Part shown: one piece after another, positions 9,616 to 18,631 of the stretch
How the letters are laid out: the number at the start of each line of letters is the position of its first letter
Position numbering within the stretch: the first letter of the stretch is position 1
Source of the DNA: Thermoanaerobaculia bacterium
Lineage (GTDB): Bacteria; Acidobacteriota; Thermoanaerobaculia; Gp7-AA8
DNA length: 64,000 nt
Assembly (NCBI GenBank): GCA_036001325.1
Contig: DASYUK010000375.1
Location: forward strand, 1,616-65,615
Direction of reading: 5' to 3'
Notes under the pieces: model-generated
What the model was told of the DNA's origin: nothing
The model's database searches: none
Seen by the model: only the letters and a program-made list of their open reading frames with translations
Made by a program: the position numbers and the translations under genes

Positions 9616-11174
9616 GGTCTCCTCCAGCGACGGCCGTCGCGCTCGATCAAGGCATCCGCCGCTTCCGGTCCCCACGTCCCCGCCGGATAGAAGTGCGGCG
9701 GCTTCGGATCTTCGGCCCAGCATTTCAGCAGCGGATCGAGCCACGCCCACGCCGTCTCCACTTCGTCGCGACGCGCGAACAGCGTCGAATCGCCGAGCAT
9801 CGTCTCGAGCAGCAGCCGTTCGTAAGCTTCCGGCGGCTCAGCACCGAACGAGGTCGCGTAGCGAAACTCCATCGTCACCGGCGCGGTCCGCACCGTCGGT
9901 CCCGGGAGCTTCGAATCGAACTTCAGCGAGATTCCTTCGTCGGGCTGAATGCGAATCGCCAGCACATTCGAGGGCATCTTCACTTTGCTGAACAGCGGAT
10001 ACGGTGCGGGGCGGAAGTGGATGGAGATATCGGTGACACGCTTGGATAGCCGCTTGCCGGCGCGGATGTAGAACGGCACGTCGGCCCATCGCCAGTTGTC
10101 GATGAAGACTTTCATCGCCGCGAACGTCTCCACTCGCGAGTTTGGATCGACGTGCGGCTCCTTCCGATAAGCGATCGCCGGCGAGCCGAGCACGGAGCCA
10201 TCCGTGTATTGGCCGCGCACCGCGAGCTGCTCCTCGCGGCCGGGTGGAAACTCGCGCATCGCGCGCAACACCTTCACCTTCTCGTCGCGGACCGCGTTGG
10301 CCTCGTACTCCACCGGCGGCTCCATCGCGACCAGAGAGACGAGTTGCAGCATGTGGTTCTGGATGATGTCGCGACTGATGCCGGCGGTCTCGAAATACCC
10401 GCCGCGCTTCTCGATGCCGATCGACTCCGCGACCGTGAACTGCACATGGTCGATATATTGACGATTCCAGAACGGCTCGAAGATTCCGTTCCCGAATCGC
10501 AGCACCAGCAGGTTCTGAACCGTTTCTTTGCCGAGGTAGTGGTCGATGCGGAAGACCTGGCGTTCCCGAAAGGTGCTGACGGCGACGCGATTCAACTCGC
10601 GCGCTGATGGCAGATCGTGGCCAAACGGTTTCTCGATGATGACGCGCGTGTACGGCCCGCCGCGCTCCGGATCGGTGACCATCCTCTGCCCGCCCAGGAT
10701 CTCGCAGATCGTCGGGAAGAACTGCGGCGGAACCGCGAAGTAGTAAATGCGCCGTCCGCCCGTGCCACGCGTGCGATCGCACTCTTCGAGCTTCTTGCGC
10801 AATCGCGTGTAGGCGTCGAGTTCACCGAACTCGCCCTGCACGTAAAAGAGACCCTTCGCGAAGTTCTGCCAGATCGCCTCATCGACCGGCTTCGTGCGCG
10901 CGAACTTGTCGCACGCTTCGCGCATGGCCATGCGAAAGGCGTCGTCCGAGTACTCCGGCCGCGCGAAGCCGATGATCGTCTGCCCGGCCGGAAGAAGCCC
11001 GTCGTGTGCGAGCGAATACAGGCCGGGGATCAGCTTCCGCTGTGTCAAATCGCCGGACGCGCCGAAGATGACCAGACAGGAGGCGTCGGGAACCCGTTCC
11101 TGATCCAGACCCTCTCGCAGAGGATTGGCCTCGAGGACGGGCGCCAGCGTCGCCATGAGTCCTTGATTATCCAT
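9612..11174 (-). CDS. zwf: Glucose-6-phosphate 1-dehydrogenase
   Basis: Signature RIDHYLGKE present (VFRIDHYLGKETVQNLLVLRFGN). N-terminal NADP-binding region GASGDL. 520 aa. Confidence 0.9.
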   Translation of the reverse strand: MDNQGLMATLAPVLEANPLREGLDQERVPDASCLVIFGASGDLTQRKLIPGLYSLAHDGLLPAGQTIIGFARPEYSDDAFRMAMREACDKFARTKPVDEAIWQNFAKGLFYVQGEFGELDAYTRLRKKLEECDRTRGTGGRRIYYFAVPPQFFPTICEILGGQRMVTDPERGGPYTRVIIEKPFGHDLPSARELNRVAVSTFRERQVFRIDHYLGKETVQNLLVLRFGNGIFEPFWNRQYIDHVQFTVAESIGIEKRGGYFETAGISRDIIQNHMLQLVSLVAMEPPVEYEANAVRDEKVKVLRAMREFPPGREEQLAVRGQYTDGSVLGSPAIAYRKEPHVDPNSRVETFAAMKVFIDNWRWADVPFYIRAGKRLSKRVTDISIHFRPAPYPLFSKVKMPSNVLAIRIQPDEGISLKFDSKLPGPTVRTAPVTMEFRYATSFGAEPPEAYERLLLETMLGDSTLFARRDEVETAWAWLDPLLKCWAEDPKPPHFYPAGTWGPEAADALIERDGRRWRRP

Positions 11175-11246
11175 GGGGTCAGGTCTTCAATTTTCAGTTT
11201 TTTCCACTTGCGGTAGGAAAAAACTGAAAATTGAAGACCTGACCCC
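11175..11246. repeat. Perfect 31-bp inverted repeat with a 10-nt loop, AT-rich, directly abutting the zwf start codon in the zwf/thiolase divergent intergenic region
   Basis: GGGGTCAGGTCTTCAATTTTCAGTTTTTTCC-acttgcggta-GGAAAAAACTGAAAATTGAAGACCTGACCCC; the arms are exact reverse complements (checked base by base). It generates mirrored peptides in track ORFs 11045..11251 and 11173..11421. Confidence 0.9.
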
Positions 11247-11269
11247 AGCAACTGCTAAAGTTCGCGGTC

Positions 11270-12562
11270 ATGTTCGAGTACATGCAACGCGTCGCGGTGA
11301 TCCGCGGCGTCCGCACCCCATTCGCAAAATCAGGAACGCACTACGCCCGCCTGTCGGCTCTCGATCTCGGCAAGATGGCCGTGACGGAGCTCGTCGAGCG
11401 CACAGGGATCCATCCGAATGAAGTGCAGGAAGTCGTCTTCGGCAACGTGATCCCCTCCGTCAAAGCCCCCAACATCGCCCGCGAAATCGTCCTCGGTACC
11501 GGCCTTCCGAAGAAGATCCCCGGCTACACGGTCGGCAAAGCGTGCACGTCGGCGAACCAGGCCATCACCGCTGCGGCGGACATGATCTCGCGCGGTTACG
11601 CCGACACGGTCATCGCCGGCGGATCGGAATCGCTCTCCGACATCCCGATTCTCTTCTCCCGAAACATGTCGGAGGCGCTGACCGGCGCACAGAAAGCGAA
11701 GAGCGTGGCCGCGAGGGTCGGCGCGTTCAAGAAAGTGCGGCCGAAGGATCTGGTCCCCGATGCGCCCGCGATCGCGGAGTCGACGACCGGTCTGTCGATG
11801 GGCGAATCGGCCGAGAAGATGGCGAAGGAGAATCGGATCTCGCGTGAGGCGCAGGACAAGTTCGCGCTGCAGAGTCACCTTCGTGCGGCGCAAGCGACCG
11901 AAAGTGGACGCTTCAAGGATGAAGTGATGACGGTGGTCGTGCCTCCCGGCTACGACGAGGTCGTCGAGATTGACAATCTGATTCGCGCCGACACGACGCT
12001 CGAGGCGCTTTCGAAGCTTCGGCCGGTATTCGATCGAAAGTACGGAACGCTGACCGCCGGCAACTCATCGCCGCTGACCGATGGTGCCGCCGCCGTGCTG
12101 CTGATGTCGGAAGACAAAGCGAAGTCGATGGGCTTCAAGCCGATCGGTTTCATCAGGAGCTATGCCTACGCCGCGACCGATCCGTTCGATCAGCTTCTAC
12201 AGGGACCCGTGTTCGCGTTACCGACGGCGCTCGATCGAGCGAAGGTCACGTTGAAAGACATCGGCGTGATCGAGATGCACGAGGCCTTCGCCGCACAAGT
12301 TTTGTCGAACATTCAATGGATCGGCTCGAAAAAGATCGCCCAGGAGAAACTCGGACGCAGCGAGCCGGTCGGCGATATCGATCCAGAGTCGATCAATCTG
12401 ACGGGCGGTTCGATCGCCCTCGGACATCCGTTTGGCGCGACAGGCGCGCGCATCGTCACGACGGTCTGCAACGAGCTGCAGCGCACCGGCAAACAATACG
12501 GACTCGTGACTGTGTGCGCGGCGGGCGGGATGGGCGTGGCGATGGTGCTCGAGCGGGAGTAG
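11270..12562 (+). CDS. Acetyl-CoA C-acyltransferase (thiolase family)
   Basis: Thiolase N-terminal pattern VIRGVRTPFAKSGTHYARLSALDLG. Active-site Cys region GYTVGKACTSANQAI. C-terminal CAAGGMGVAMVLERE. Confidence 0.9.
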   Translation: MFEYMQRVAVIRGVRTPFAKSGTHYARLSALDLGKMAVTELVERTGIHPNEVQEVVFGNVIPSVKAPNIAREIVLGTGLPKKIPGYTVGKACTSANQAITAAADMISRGYADTVIAGGSESLSDIPILFSRNMSEALTGAQKAKSVAARVGAFKKVRPKDLVPDAPAIAESTTGLSMGESAEKMAKENRISREAQDKFALQSHLRAAQATESGRFKDEVMTVVVPPGYDEVVEIDNLIRADTTLEALSKLRPVFDRKYGTLTAGNSSPLTDGAAAVLLMSEDKAKSMGFKPIGFIRSYAYAATDPFDQLLQGPVFALPTALDRAKVTLKDIGVIEMHEAFAAQVLSNIQWIGSKKIAQEKLGRSEPVGDIDPESINLTGGSIALGHPFGATGARIVTTVCNELQRTGKQYGLVTVCAAGGMGVAMVLERE

Positions 12563-12651
12563 CTCGTTCCGGCCGAACTTCTCAGACGATGCACGTTTTG
12601 CGGGCGAGGGTTCGAGCGAAGCAAGGGTATCGTCAAAGAGCATTTTGTAGA

Positions 12652-15600
12652 TCACCACGTCGAAGCGATCTTCCACGCTGGGAGGTCACCGATCTCCACG
12701 TTGTAAGCGAAAGGTTCGAACGGATTGCGCACGACGCGCACATTGGTTTGAGAGCGCAGTGTGGACATCAACTGCCCATAGGGCAACGTCTGCATCGGAG
12801 ACCTCGAAAGATCAGGCATGGGCCATAGGCGTACGCCAGTTGCGTCTGAGGACGCAATCCAGCGCCCGTCGGACGACACCGCCACGAGCGGTAGGAGGGA
12901 TTCCTGATCTGCATTGGCGATCAGGAGATGTGGCGTCTCGCCGGACGCTGGCCCAATTCGCCCGACGGTGTTCGTGCTCCAGGTGGCGATGAATCTCCCC
13001 GACGGATCGAATGACGCGGACATGACGTGCTCACCGTGCGAAGTAACAAGTTGCGCCGCACCCGTTTCAACGTTCGCGATCGCCAGTCGATGACGGTGTC
13101 GGTCTTCACTCGACTCACCGATGACAAGATGTCGTCCATCGGCTGCAATGTCGATAAGAGGCAGTCCGAGCTGCCGCCGATATACAACGCGTTGTTTTCC
13201 GTCGTGGAGATTCCAGACGCGCACATCGCCTCGGCCCGCTGTGATGAGACGGCCATCGGGCAGGAAGCCAACATCCCAGATCGTGCCAAACATGACGTTT
13301 TGTGCGGTTTTTCGTGTCGATGCTCCCGATGGTTCGAGAGTTGTCCGCTGTCCTGTGTCGACGTCCCATAGCCAGATCTCGCCCGCACCGCGGCCATTCT
13401 GTGTGCCGGCAACCGCGAATTTTCCATCGCGGGTGAGTGCCGACGACATCAAATAGTGCGAACCATTGGAAGGAACTGATAACTGCTTCTCAAAACCCGA
13501 TGCCACGACTGATGCCCGATTGTAGTCGCCGACGAAAACGCGGTGATCACTGCCATCAACGGAGGTGGTCCATCCGGCGGATCGCGTAAGCCACTCGCTC
13601 TTGCTCGCGACCGCAAAGCTGACGGGCAACCGCAGAACTCCGCTCTCTCGCGTTGCCAGGAGCCATCGGCTATCGGAGGAAAAATCCAGATCCTTCGCCG
13701 GTGCCCGCGAAAGGATGAACGGGTATCGTCTCGATAGCGGCCAGAGCGCCGCGGTGGCGCCCATCACATCCGTGGACGCGAGCCAGCGACCGCGCGGATC
13801 GAACGTGATGGCGTACGCGTCGGGCGTTCTGATCATGAGCGGCTCGGCGTCGGGCGGCCCCTGGAGGTTCCACAGCTCGATGAGGGTTCGTCTGGCGACA
13901 CCGAGCATCGTGCCCGTCGCATCGAAGCGGATGTCATGGAGTTTGATCGGTTCGCTCGAGAGTGCGAACGGATCACGATTGATGGAGCGGACGAGAGCAG
14001 GCACGGCGGCCGACAAAGTCCACAATCTGATTTCGCCACGGGCGTTTCCGCATGCGATCTGGTTGCCGTCGGACGAGAAGGTAACGAGATTGGCGTGCGG
14101 CAAGTCCGGCCAAAGCGCCCATGCTCTCGCAGATGGAATCAATGGGACCAGACTGCAGTCAGACAATGCCATCCAGCGTTCGGTGGGATCGACAATGCCG
14201 ATGTCTTTCGCGCGAAGAATGTCGTGGACCGGAACGCCTGTAATCGGCGAGACCGAAAGAATCTTCAGACCATTACTCGCGCTGCGACAAGTGTAGACGC
14301 GATTGGCAACCACTTGAAAACCACAATCGCCATCGATGATGCGAATCACTGCGCGCTTGCTGAGCGACCACACGCGGGTCTTGCGGTCCATGGAATATCT
14401 GACGAGAAGCAGATCGCTTTCCGGCCCGAACGCGACCGGACCGACATTGCCTGAAGCTCCAGGAACGCTCAGAGCTTGGGCTGCCCGTCCTCCTTCCCCG
14501 TAGAGGAAAACTCGCCCATCATTTCCGCCAATAGCGAGCCAGCGACCGTCCGGACTGAAGGCGAAGCCGCCGGATCCCTCCGCACTCGGAAGAGCGACAC
14601 GCGTCGCCACGGGTCCACGCCAAAGTGCTTCCACCGCGAATTGACGTGCCTCGGTGGAATCGGCAAGTTCGAGACTCGCGATGGTGTACGCGAGCGCGAC
14701 AGCATTGCTCTTATCGACGTTCATCCGCCCGAACGCCAGAAGCTTCGCCGCTTCGGCTTGTTTCATCGCTGCGATGGCACGGTGCCGCAGCACGGCCATC
14801 ACAACGACCGTTGCAACCAGAACGATGAATGCCGCGGTGGTCGCCATGACTGCGCGGCGGCGGCGGCGCTTCGCGAGGTGCGCCATCGCTCTTCCGAAGT
14901 CGTCTTCGACGTGCGTCAATGTTCCGGGATATCGCTCGCGCCACAGTTCGTACTCTTTCAGCGCTGTACCGCTCCAAAGCAGATCGTCGGAGCGTTCGCG
15001 GCCATCCCACATCTGTGCTGACTGACGCAGCTGATCGCGCAGCAGCGCACCATCGGCATCCTGCGCCTGCCATCGGACCAGCCGAGGCCAGGAAGTGAGC
15101 AGCGACTCGTGAATGAATTCGATGCGCGTCTCGTCACTCTTGTACGACGTCAGCAGTCGTGCGCCGATGAGTACGTCGAGAACTTCATTCGCCGCGCGTC
15201 GATCTGCAAAGAGCGAAAGGAGTTCTTTTCGATCGCGCCCGACACGCGTTCCCTGCGCCGTTACCAGATTCCGGAACAGCTCTCGAACGATGGCAATGTG
15301 CTCGGATTCCATCGGCGCTAATGCGGCTTCGGCGTGTTGGGCCAACGCCCCGGCGACTCCTCCGATCTCCAGATATGTCGCGCGCGTGAGGACGCCTTGT
15401 TCCCGATCGCGACGCTCCCATAGACGGGCCATCGCGAACGCGGCCAGAGGAAGTACGCCTCGCTCACCACCAACCTGCTCGACGATTTCATCGACGAGCG
15501 CCTCTTCTTCGAAGGCATATCCCGCTTTCAATGCCGGCTGCACGATCGCTCGGCGTAAAGCGTCGCCGGTTGGCGGAAGCAGCGGAGTCAGCTCCGAGAA

Positions 15601-16947
15601 AAGTGGTGCGAAACACGCGAACTGGTGACAGAAGATCAGGAAATCGTCGCGTATCGAAAGAAGCACGTGCACGTCCGCTTCAATGGCGAGGCGCGAGAGA
15701 ATATCTGCGCACCCCGCCTGAATCGCCGGTGAGTTGAGCGTGAAGAGCTCCTCGGCTTGATCCACGATGAGCAAACATCCTTCGTGCTCATGCCGCCAGC
15801 TCTTCATGACACTCAGTACCTTCGCCACGTCGTCGAATGCGTCGAGGTCGCTGAACTCTCTTGTGAGCGCGGCGAAAGGGCGATCTCCCGGAGTGAGCAT
15901 CAGCACGCCCCAACCTGGCGGCAGCGCCGGCACCAGTCCTGCGCGAAGGAAAGATGTCTTCCCGACGCCGGAGGGACCGATCAGACCGAGAAGGCGCGCC
16001 GGCCCGGCCAGCCTTCGCAACATCGTCTCGATCTCCGTCTCCCGACCGAAGAAGTTCGGAGCCTCTGCTTCGGTGAACGATGAGAGACCGGGATAAGGAC
16101 TGCGTTCTCCCGCTCGCGTGAACCGGCGAGTCATGTCCTCCAGTGCGCGCGCCAGCTCGGCCGACGACGCATAGCGCGTCTCGGGATTCGCAGCGAGGGC
16201 ACGGCGAAGAATGGACGACCACGGTGTATCGGGAAGATGGGGCGGATCGTGTCGTACGGCTGACCAGACGCGCTCGAGATCCGTCCCGCCGCGGACTCCG
16301 GTCGGGTCGATCATCTCTCCCAGCACGACGCCTGCGGCAAAGATGTCGGCACGTTGTCCGGGCGTTTGTTCCGGCGCGATGTACGGACGAGTGCCTGTGA
16401 TCGACGATGCGGACGCGTCCATCGCCGATCGCGTCAGCCCGAAATCCATGACCACCACGCGACCGCTGCGCGTGATCATCACGTTTTCCGGCTTGAAGTC
16501 GCCGTGAATGAATCCGGCGGCGTGAATTGCGTTCAATCCGGCCAGAAACTGCGCAGCGATCTCCTGTGCCTCGGTGAGCTCGAGCGGGCTTCGCTCGGTG
16601 AGCAAAGTTCTCAGCGTCGTTCCGTCGATGTACTCCATCGACAGGAGCTCGAGACCTTCGGCTTCCACGAGATCGAACGTCCGGCATACGTTGGGAGAGA
16701 TGACTTCGCGCGCTGCTCTGATCTCGCCCCGCAGAGACTCCATCGATTCCCGTTGCAGGAACTTGAGCGCAACGTCGACGCGCAGTCGCAGATCAAATGC
16801 TTGCCAGACCTCGCCCATCCCACCGTGACCAAGCGGCCGCACGATCTCATAACGGCTCGCGAGAATTTGGCCACGGCCGAGGAACGACTCCTCGTCTGAG
16901 CGAGGACGTTGATCGGCAGTCACGGGAAGAGCGCGCGAATTGTCCAT
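12652..16947 (-). CDS. Multidomain Ser/Thr protein kinase: kinase domain, P-loop (STAND/NB-ARC-like) NTPase, single TM helix, WD40/TolB-like beta-propeller (1431 aa)
   Basis: Kinase: GHGGMGEVWQAFD, VALKFL, catalytic loop IHGDFKPENVMI (HGD instead of HRD), DFGL. P-loop GLIGPSGVGKTSFLRAG with downstream LLIVDQAEE (Walker B-like). TM AVMATTAAFIVLVATVVVMAVL. Repeats FSPDGRWLAIGGNDGRVFLY, FSSDGNQIACGNARGEIRLW and others. Confidence 0.8.
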   Translation of the reverse strand: MDNSRALPVTADQRPRSDEESFLGRGQILASRYEIVRPLGHGGMGEVWQAFDLRLRVDVALKFLQRESMESLRGEIRAAREVISPNVCRTFDLVEAEGLELLSMEYIDGTTLRTLLTERSPLELTEAQEIAAQFLAGLNAIHAAGFIHGDFKPENVMITRSGRVVVMDFGLTRSAMDASASSITGTRPYIAPEQTPGQRADIFAAGVVLGEMIDPTGVRGGTDLERVWSAVRHDPPHLPDTPWSSILRRALAANPETRYASSAELARALEDMTRRFTRAGERSPYPGLSSFTEAEAPNFFGRETEIETMLRRLAGPARLLGLIGPSGVGKTSFLRAGLVPALPPGWGVLMLTPGDRPFAALTREFSDLDAFDDVAKVLSVMKSWRHEHEGCLLIVDQAEELFTLNSPAIQAGCADILSRLAIEADVHVLLSIRDDFLIFCHQFACFAPLFSELTPLLPPTGDALRRAIVQPALKAGYAFEEEALVDEIVEQVGGERGVLPLAAFAMARLWERRDREQGVLTRATYLEIGGVAGALAQHAEAALAPMESEHIAIVRELFRNLVTAQGTRVGRDRKELLSLFADRRAANEVLDVLIGARLLTSYKSDETRIEFIHESLLTSWPRLVRWQAQDADGALLRDQLRQSAQMWDGRERSDDLLWSGTALKEYELWRERYPGTLTHVEDDFGRAMAHLAKRRRRRAVMATTAAFIVLVATVVVMAVLRHRAIAAMKQAEAAKLLAFGRMNVDKSNAVALAYTIASLELADSTEARQFAVEALWRGPVATRVALPSAEGSGGFAFSPDGRWLAIGGNDGRVFLYGEGGRAAQALSVPGASGNVGPVAFGPESDLLLVRYSMDRKTRVWSLSKRAVIRIIDGDCGFQVVANRVYTCRSASNGLKILSVSPITGVPVHDILRAKDIGIVDPTERWMALSDCSLVPLIPSARAWALWPDLPHANLVTFSSDGNQIACGNARGEIRLWTLSAAVPALVRSINRDPFALSSEPIKLHDIRFDATGTMLGVARRTLIELWNLQGPPDAEPLMIRTPDAYAITFDPRGRWLASTDVMGATAALWPLSRRYPFILSRAPAKDLDFSSDSRWLLATRESGVLRLPVSFAVASKSEWLTRSAGWTTSVDGSDHRVFVGDYNRASVVASGFEKQLSVPSNGSHYLMSSALTRDGKFAVAGTQNGRGAGEIWLWDVDTGQRTTLEPSGASTRKTAQNVMFGTIWDVGFLPDGRLITAGRGDVRVWNLHDGKQRVVYRRQLGLPLIDIAADGRHLVIGESSEDRHRHRLAIANVETGAAQLVTSHGEHVMSASFDPSGRFIATWSTNTVGRIGPASGETPHLLIANADQESLLPLVAVSSDGRWIASSDATGVRLWPMPDLSRSPMQTLPYGQLMSTLRSQTNVRVVRNPFEPFAYNVEIGDLPAWKIASTW

Positions 16948-17029
16948 CGGTCACGGCGGTCGACGATTGTGGTGTACCTCCACGGTAGACCCGGCTGAGG
17001 CGAAAGACAATGTGACCGGCGGCGCGTAT

Positions 17030-17506
17030 CTACCTGCCGCGACCGGCAGCCGGATGCCGGAGTGCTGTTGACGCTTCCGCGAATCTCCTCAGCCGTAGGC
17101 CAAAGCCGGCGATCTCGCGCGCCGCAGCATCTTCGCAAATCGTTTTGGTCGAGTATCTGGGCCGCCGCACGTCGCGAAGATACTTGGAAGCCGACTGTCG
17201 CATGTCACTGATATGCACATACTCGTGTGCCATCGCGTCGGGCACGAGAATCACGATAAGCGGCAGGATACGGGCAGACGCCATAATCATCCACTGCTCA
17301 TCGGAGGCGATGCAATCTGCTGTCAGCGCGAAATCGACGAATCGCGTGCACGCCTCGATCGGTCGGTCGATATTGCAAAGCCGCCGGACGCCCGCCTCGT
17401 TTTGCGCAGCAACGAAGCGAGGCCGCTGCATATCGAGAGAGGCTTCAGAACCGAGTATGAATGTCGCGTGGAGTACGATAGTGAGAAACCAAAGACAGCG
17501 GCGCAC
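17030..17506 (-). CDS. Small secreted hypothetical protein with an HExxH motif (possible zincin-like peptidase); atypically low GC3
   Basis: Signal peptide-like MRRCLWFLTIVLHATFILGSEAS. AMAHEYVHISDM contains HEYVH. Codon usage differs from neighbours; the call is weak. Confidence 0.35.
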   Translation of the reverse strand: MRRCLWFLTIVLHATFILGSEASLDMQRPRFVAAQNEAGVRRLCNIDRPIEACTRFVDFALTADCIASDEQWMIMASARILPLIVILVPDAMAHEYVHISDMRQSASKYLRDVRRPRYSTKTICEDAAAREIAGFGLRLRRFAEASTALRHPAAGRGR

Positions 17507-17621
17507 AGCGTGCCTCCCTTCGAGGGTGAATCGCTGTGCTGCGCAGCACGCTGACCTCTAAATTGCGTTGAGCAGCGTGGCGGCGCGTGAAGACGCGGTA
17601 GTGATTTGGTAGGGACTCGAC

Positions 17622-18278
17622 GTGCGACTGCAATTCGGTGACTTCACCTTCGACGGCGGCGGATGCCAGGTACTCAAGAACGGCGATGCCGTCGCACTGT
17701 CGCCGAAGGCATTCCAACTTCTGGCGTTGCTCCTCGAGGAACGCGGACATGTGATTTCGAAGAAGGAATTGCTGGAACGACTATGGCCCGACACCGTTGT
17801 CGCCGAGGAAAATCTCAAGGCGCGCATTCGCGAGATTCGGACGGCTCTCGGCGATAGTGGACGAGAAGGGAAATGGATCCGAACCGCGCGTGGCTTTGGC
17901 TACGCGTTTCAAGGTGAAGTGTGGGATGAAGATATTTCTCGTCGTACAGCGGCACCCCAGCAGATGTACTGGCTTCACTACGGTGAGCGCGGCTTTGCGG
18001 TCGGGCGAGGTGAAACGTATGTCGGTCGCGATCCGCGATGCGGAATATGGATCGATGATGCGAGCGTGTCGCGACGGCATGCACGTATCGTCGTCTCTTC
18101 CGAACGCGTGACACTCGAGGACCTCGGCAGCAAGAACGGGACAGCGGTCGGCACAATCTCAATATTGGGGACGACCGAGCTGTTTGACGGAGATCGAATT
18201 CGCATCGGCTCAGTGAAGCTCACGTTTCGTTCGGCCGGCGTCGATCAATCGACGGAGAGTTCGCCAAACAACTCGTAG
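17622..18278 (+). CDS. DNA-binding protein with an N-terminal OmpR/PhoB-type winged-helix domain and a C-terminal FHA (phosphothreonine-binding) domain
   Basis: wHTH: LSPKAFQLLALLLEERGHVISKKELLERLWPD...IRTARGFGYAF. FHA: FAVGRGETYVGRDPRCGIWIDDASVSRRHARI...GSKNGTAVG...DGDRIRIGSVKLTF (the G-R, S-xx-H and N-G motifs). GTG start. Confidence 0.75.
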   Translation: MRLQFGDFTFDGGGCQVLKNGDAVALSPKAFQLLALLLEERGHVISKKELLERLWPDTVVAEENLKARIREIRTALGDSGREGKWIRTARGFGYAFQGEVWDEDISRRTAAPQQMYWLHYGERGFAVGRGETYVGRDPRCGIWIDDASVSRRHARIVVSSERVTLEDLGSKNGTAVGTISILGTTELFDGDRIRIGSVKLTFRSAGVDQSTESSPNNS

Positions 18279-18349
18279 AGAGGCAATCGCTCTCCGACCT
18301 GCCGGTTCTCTCTTCCCGCAACGTGGCACAGTGCGCTGACGGGGTCCAC

Positions 18350-18533
18350 CGAAAGCGAAGAGCGTGGCGGCGAAGCTCGGCGCGTTGAAGGGAGTGCCGG
18401 CCAAGGATCTCGTCCGCGATGCTCCTGCGATGGCGGAGTCGCAACGAACTGCAGCGCATCGACAAACAGTATGGGCTGGTGACCGTGCGCGGCGGGCGGG
18501 ATGGGGGTGGCGATGGTGCTCGAGCGGGAGTAG
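18350..18533 (+). pseudogene. Decayed fragment of a thiolase paralog (middle segment fused to the 3' end with stop codon; about 680 bp internal deletion)
   Basis: 18350-18440 aligns to 11690-11790 of the intact thiolase (KAKSVAAKLGALKGVPAKDLVRDAPAMAES versus KAKSVAARVGAFKKVRPKDLVPDAPAIAES). It then jumps to the equivalent of 12468-12562 (NELQRIDKQYGLVTV...MVLERE-stop). About 85% nt identity by eye. Confidence 0.7.
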
Positions 18534-18552
18534 CTCGGTCGTGGGTCGTAGG

Positions 18553-18593
18553 TCGTGGGGGCCGCATCGCAAGAACGCCGAAGCCCCCACGAC
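18553..18593 (+). terminator. GC-rich hairpin (11-bp stem) just downstream of the thiolase-fragment stop codon; relic terminator-like structure
   Basis: GTCGTGGGGGC-cgcatcgcaagaacgccgaa-GCCCCCACGAC; no U-tract follows. Confidence 0.35.
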
Positions 18594-18631
18594 AACGACC
18601 GGCGACCAGCGACCTCTATAATCGCGAGCGA

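Noticed and set aside
9838-10782. 314-aa minus-strand ORF inside zwf (alternative frame)
   Set aside because: Same strand but different frame from the motif-bearing zwf reading (RIDHYLGKE); Arg/Gly-rich nonsense peptide.
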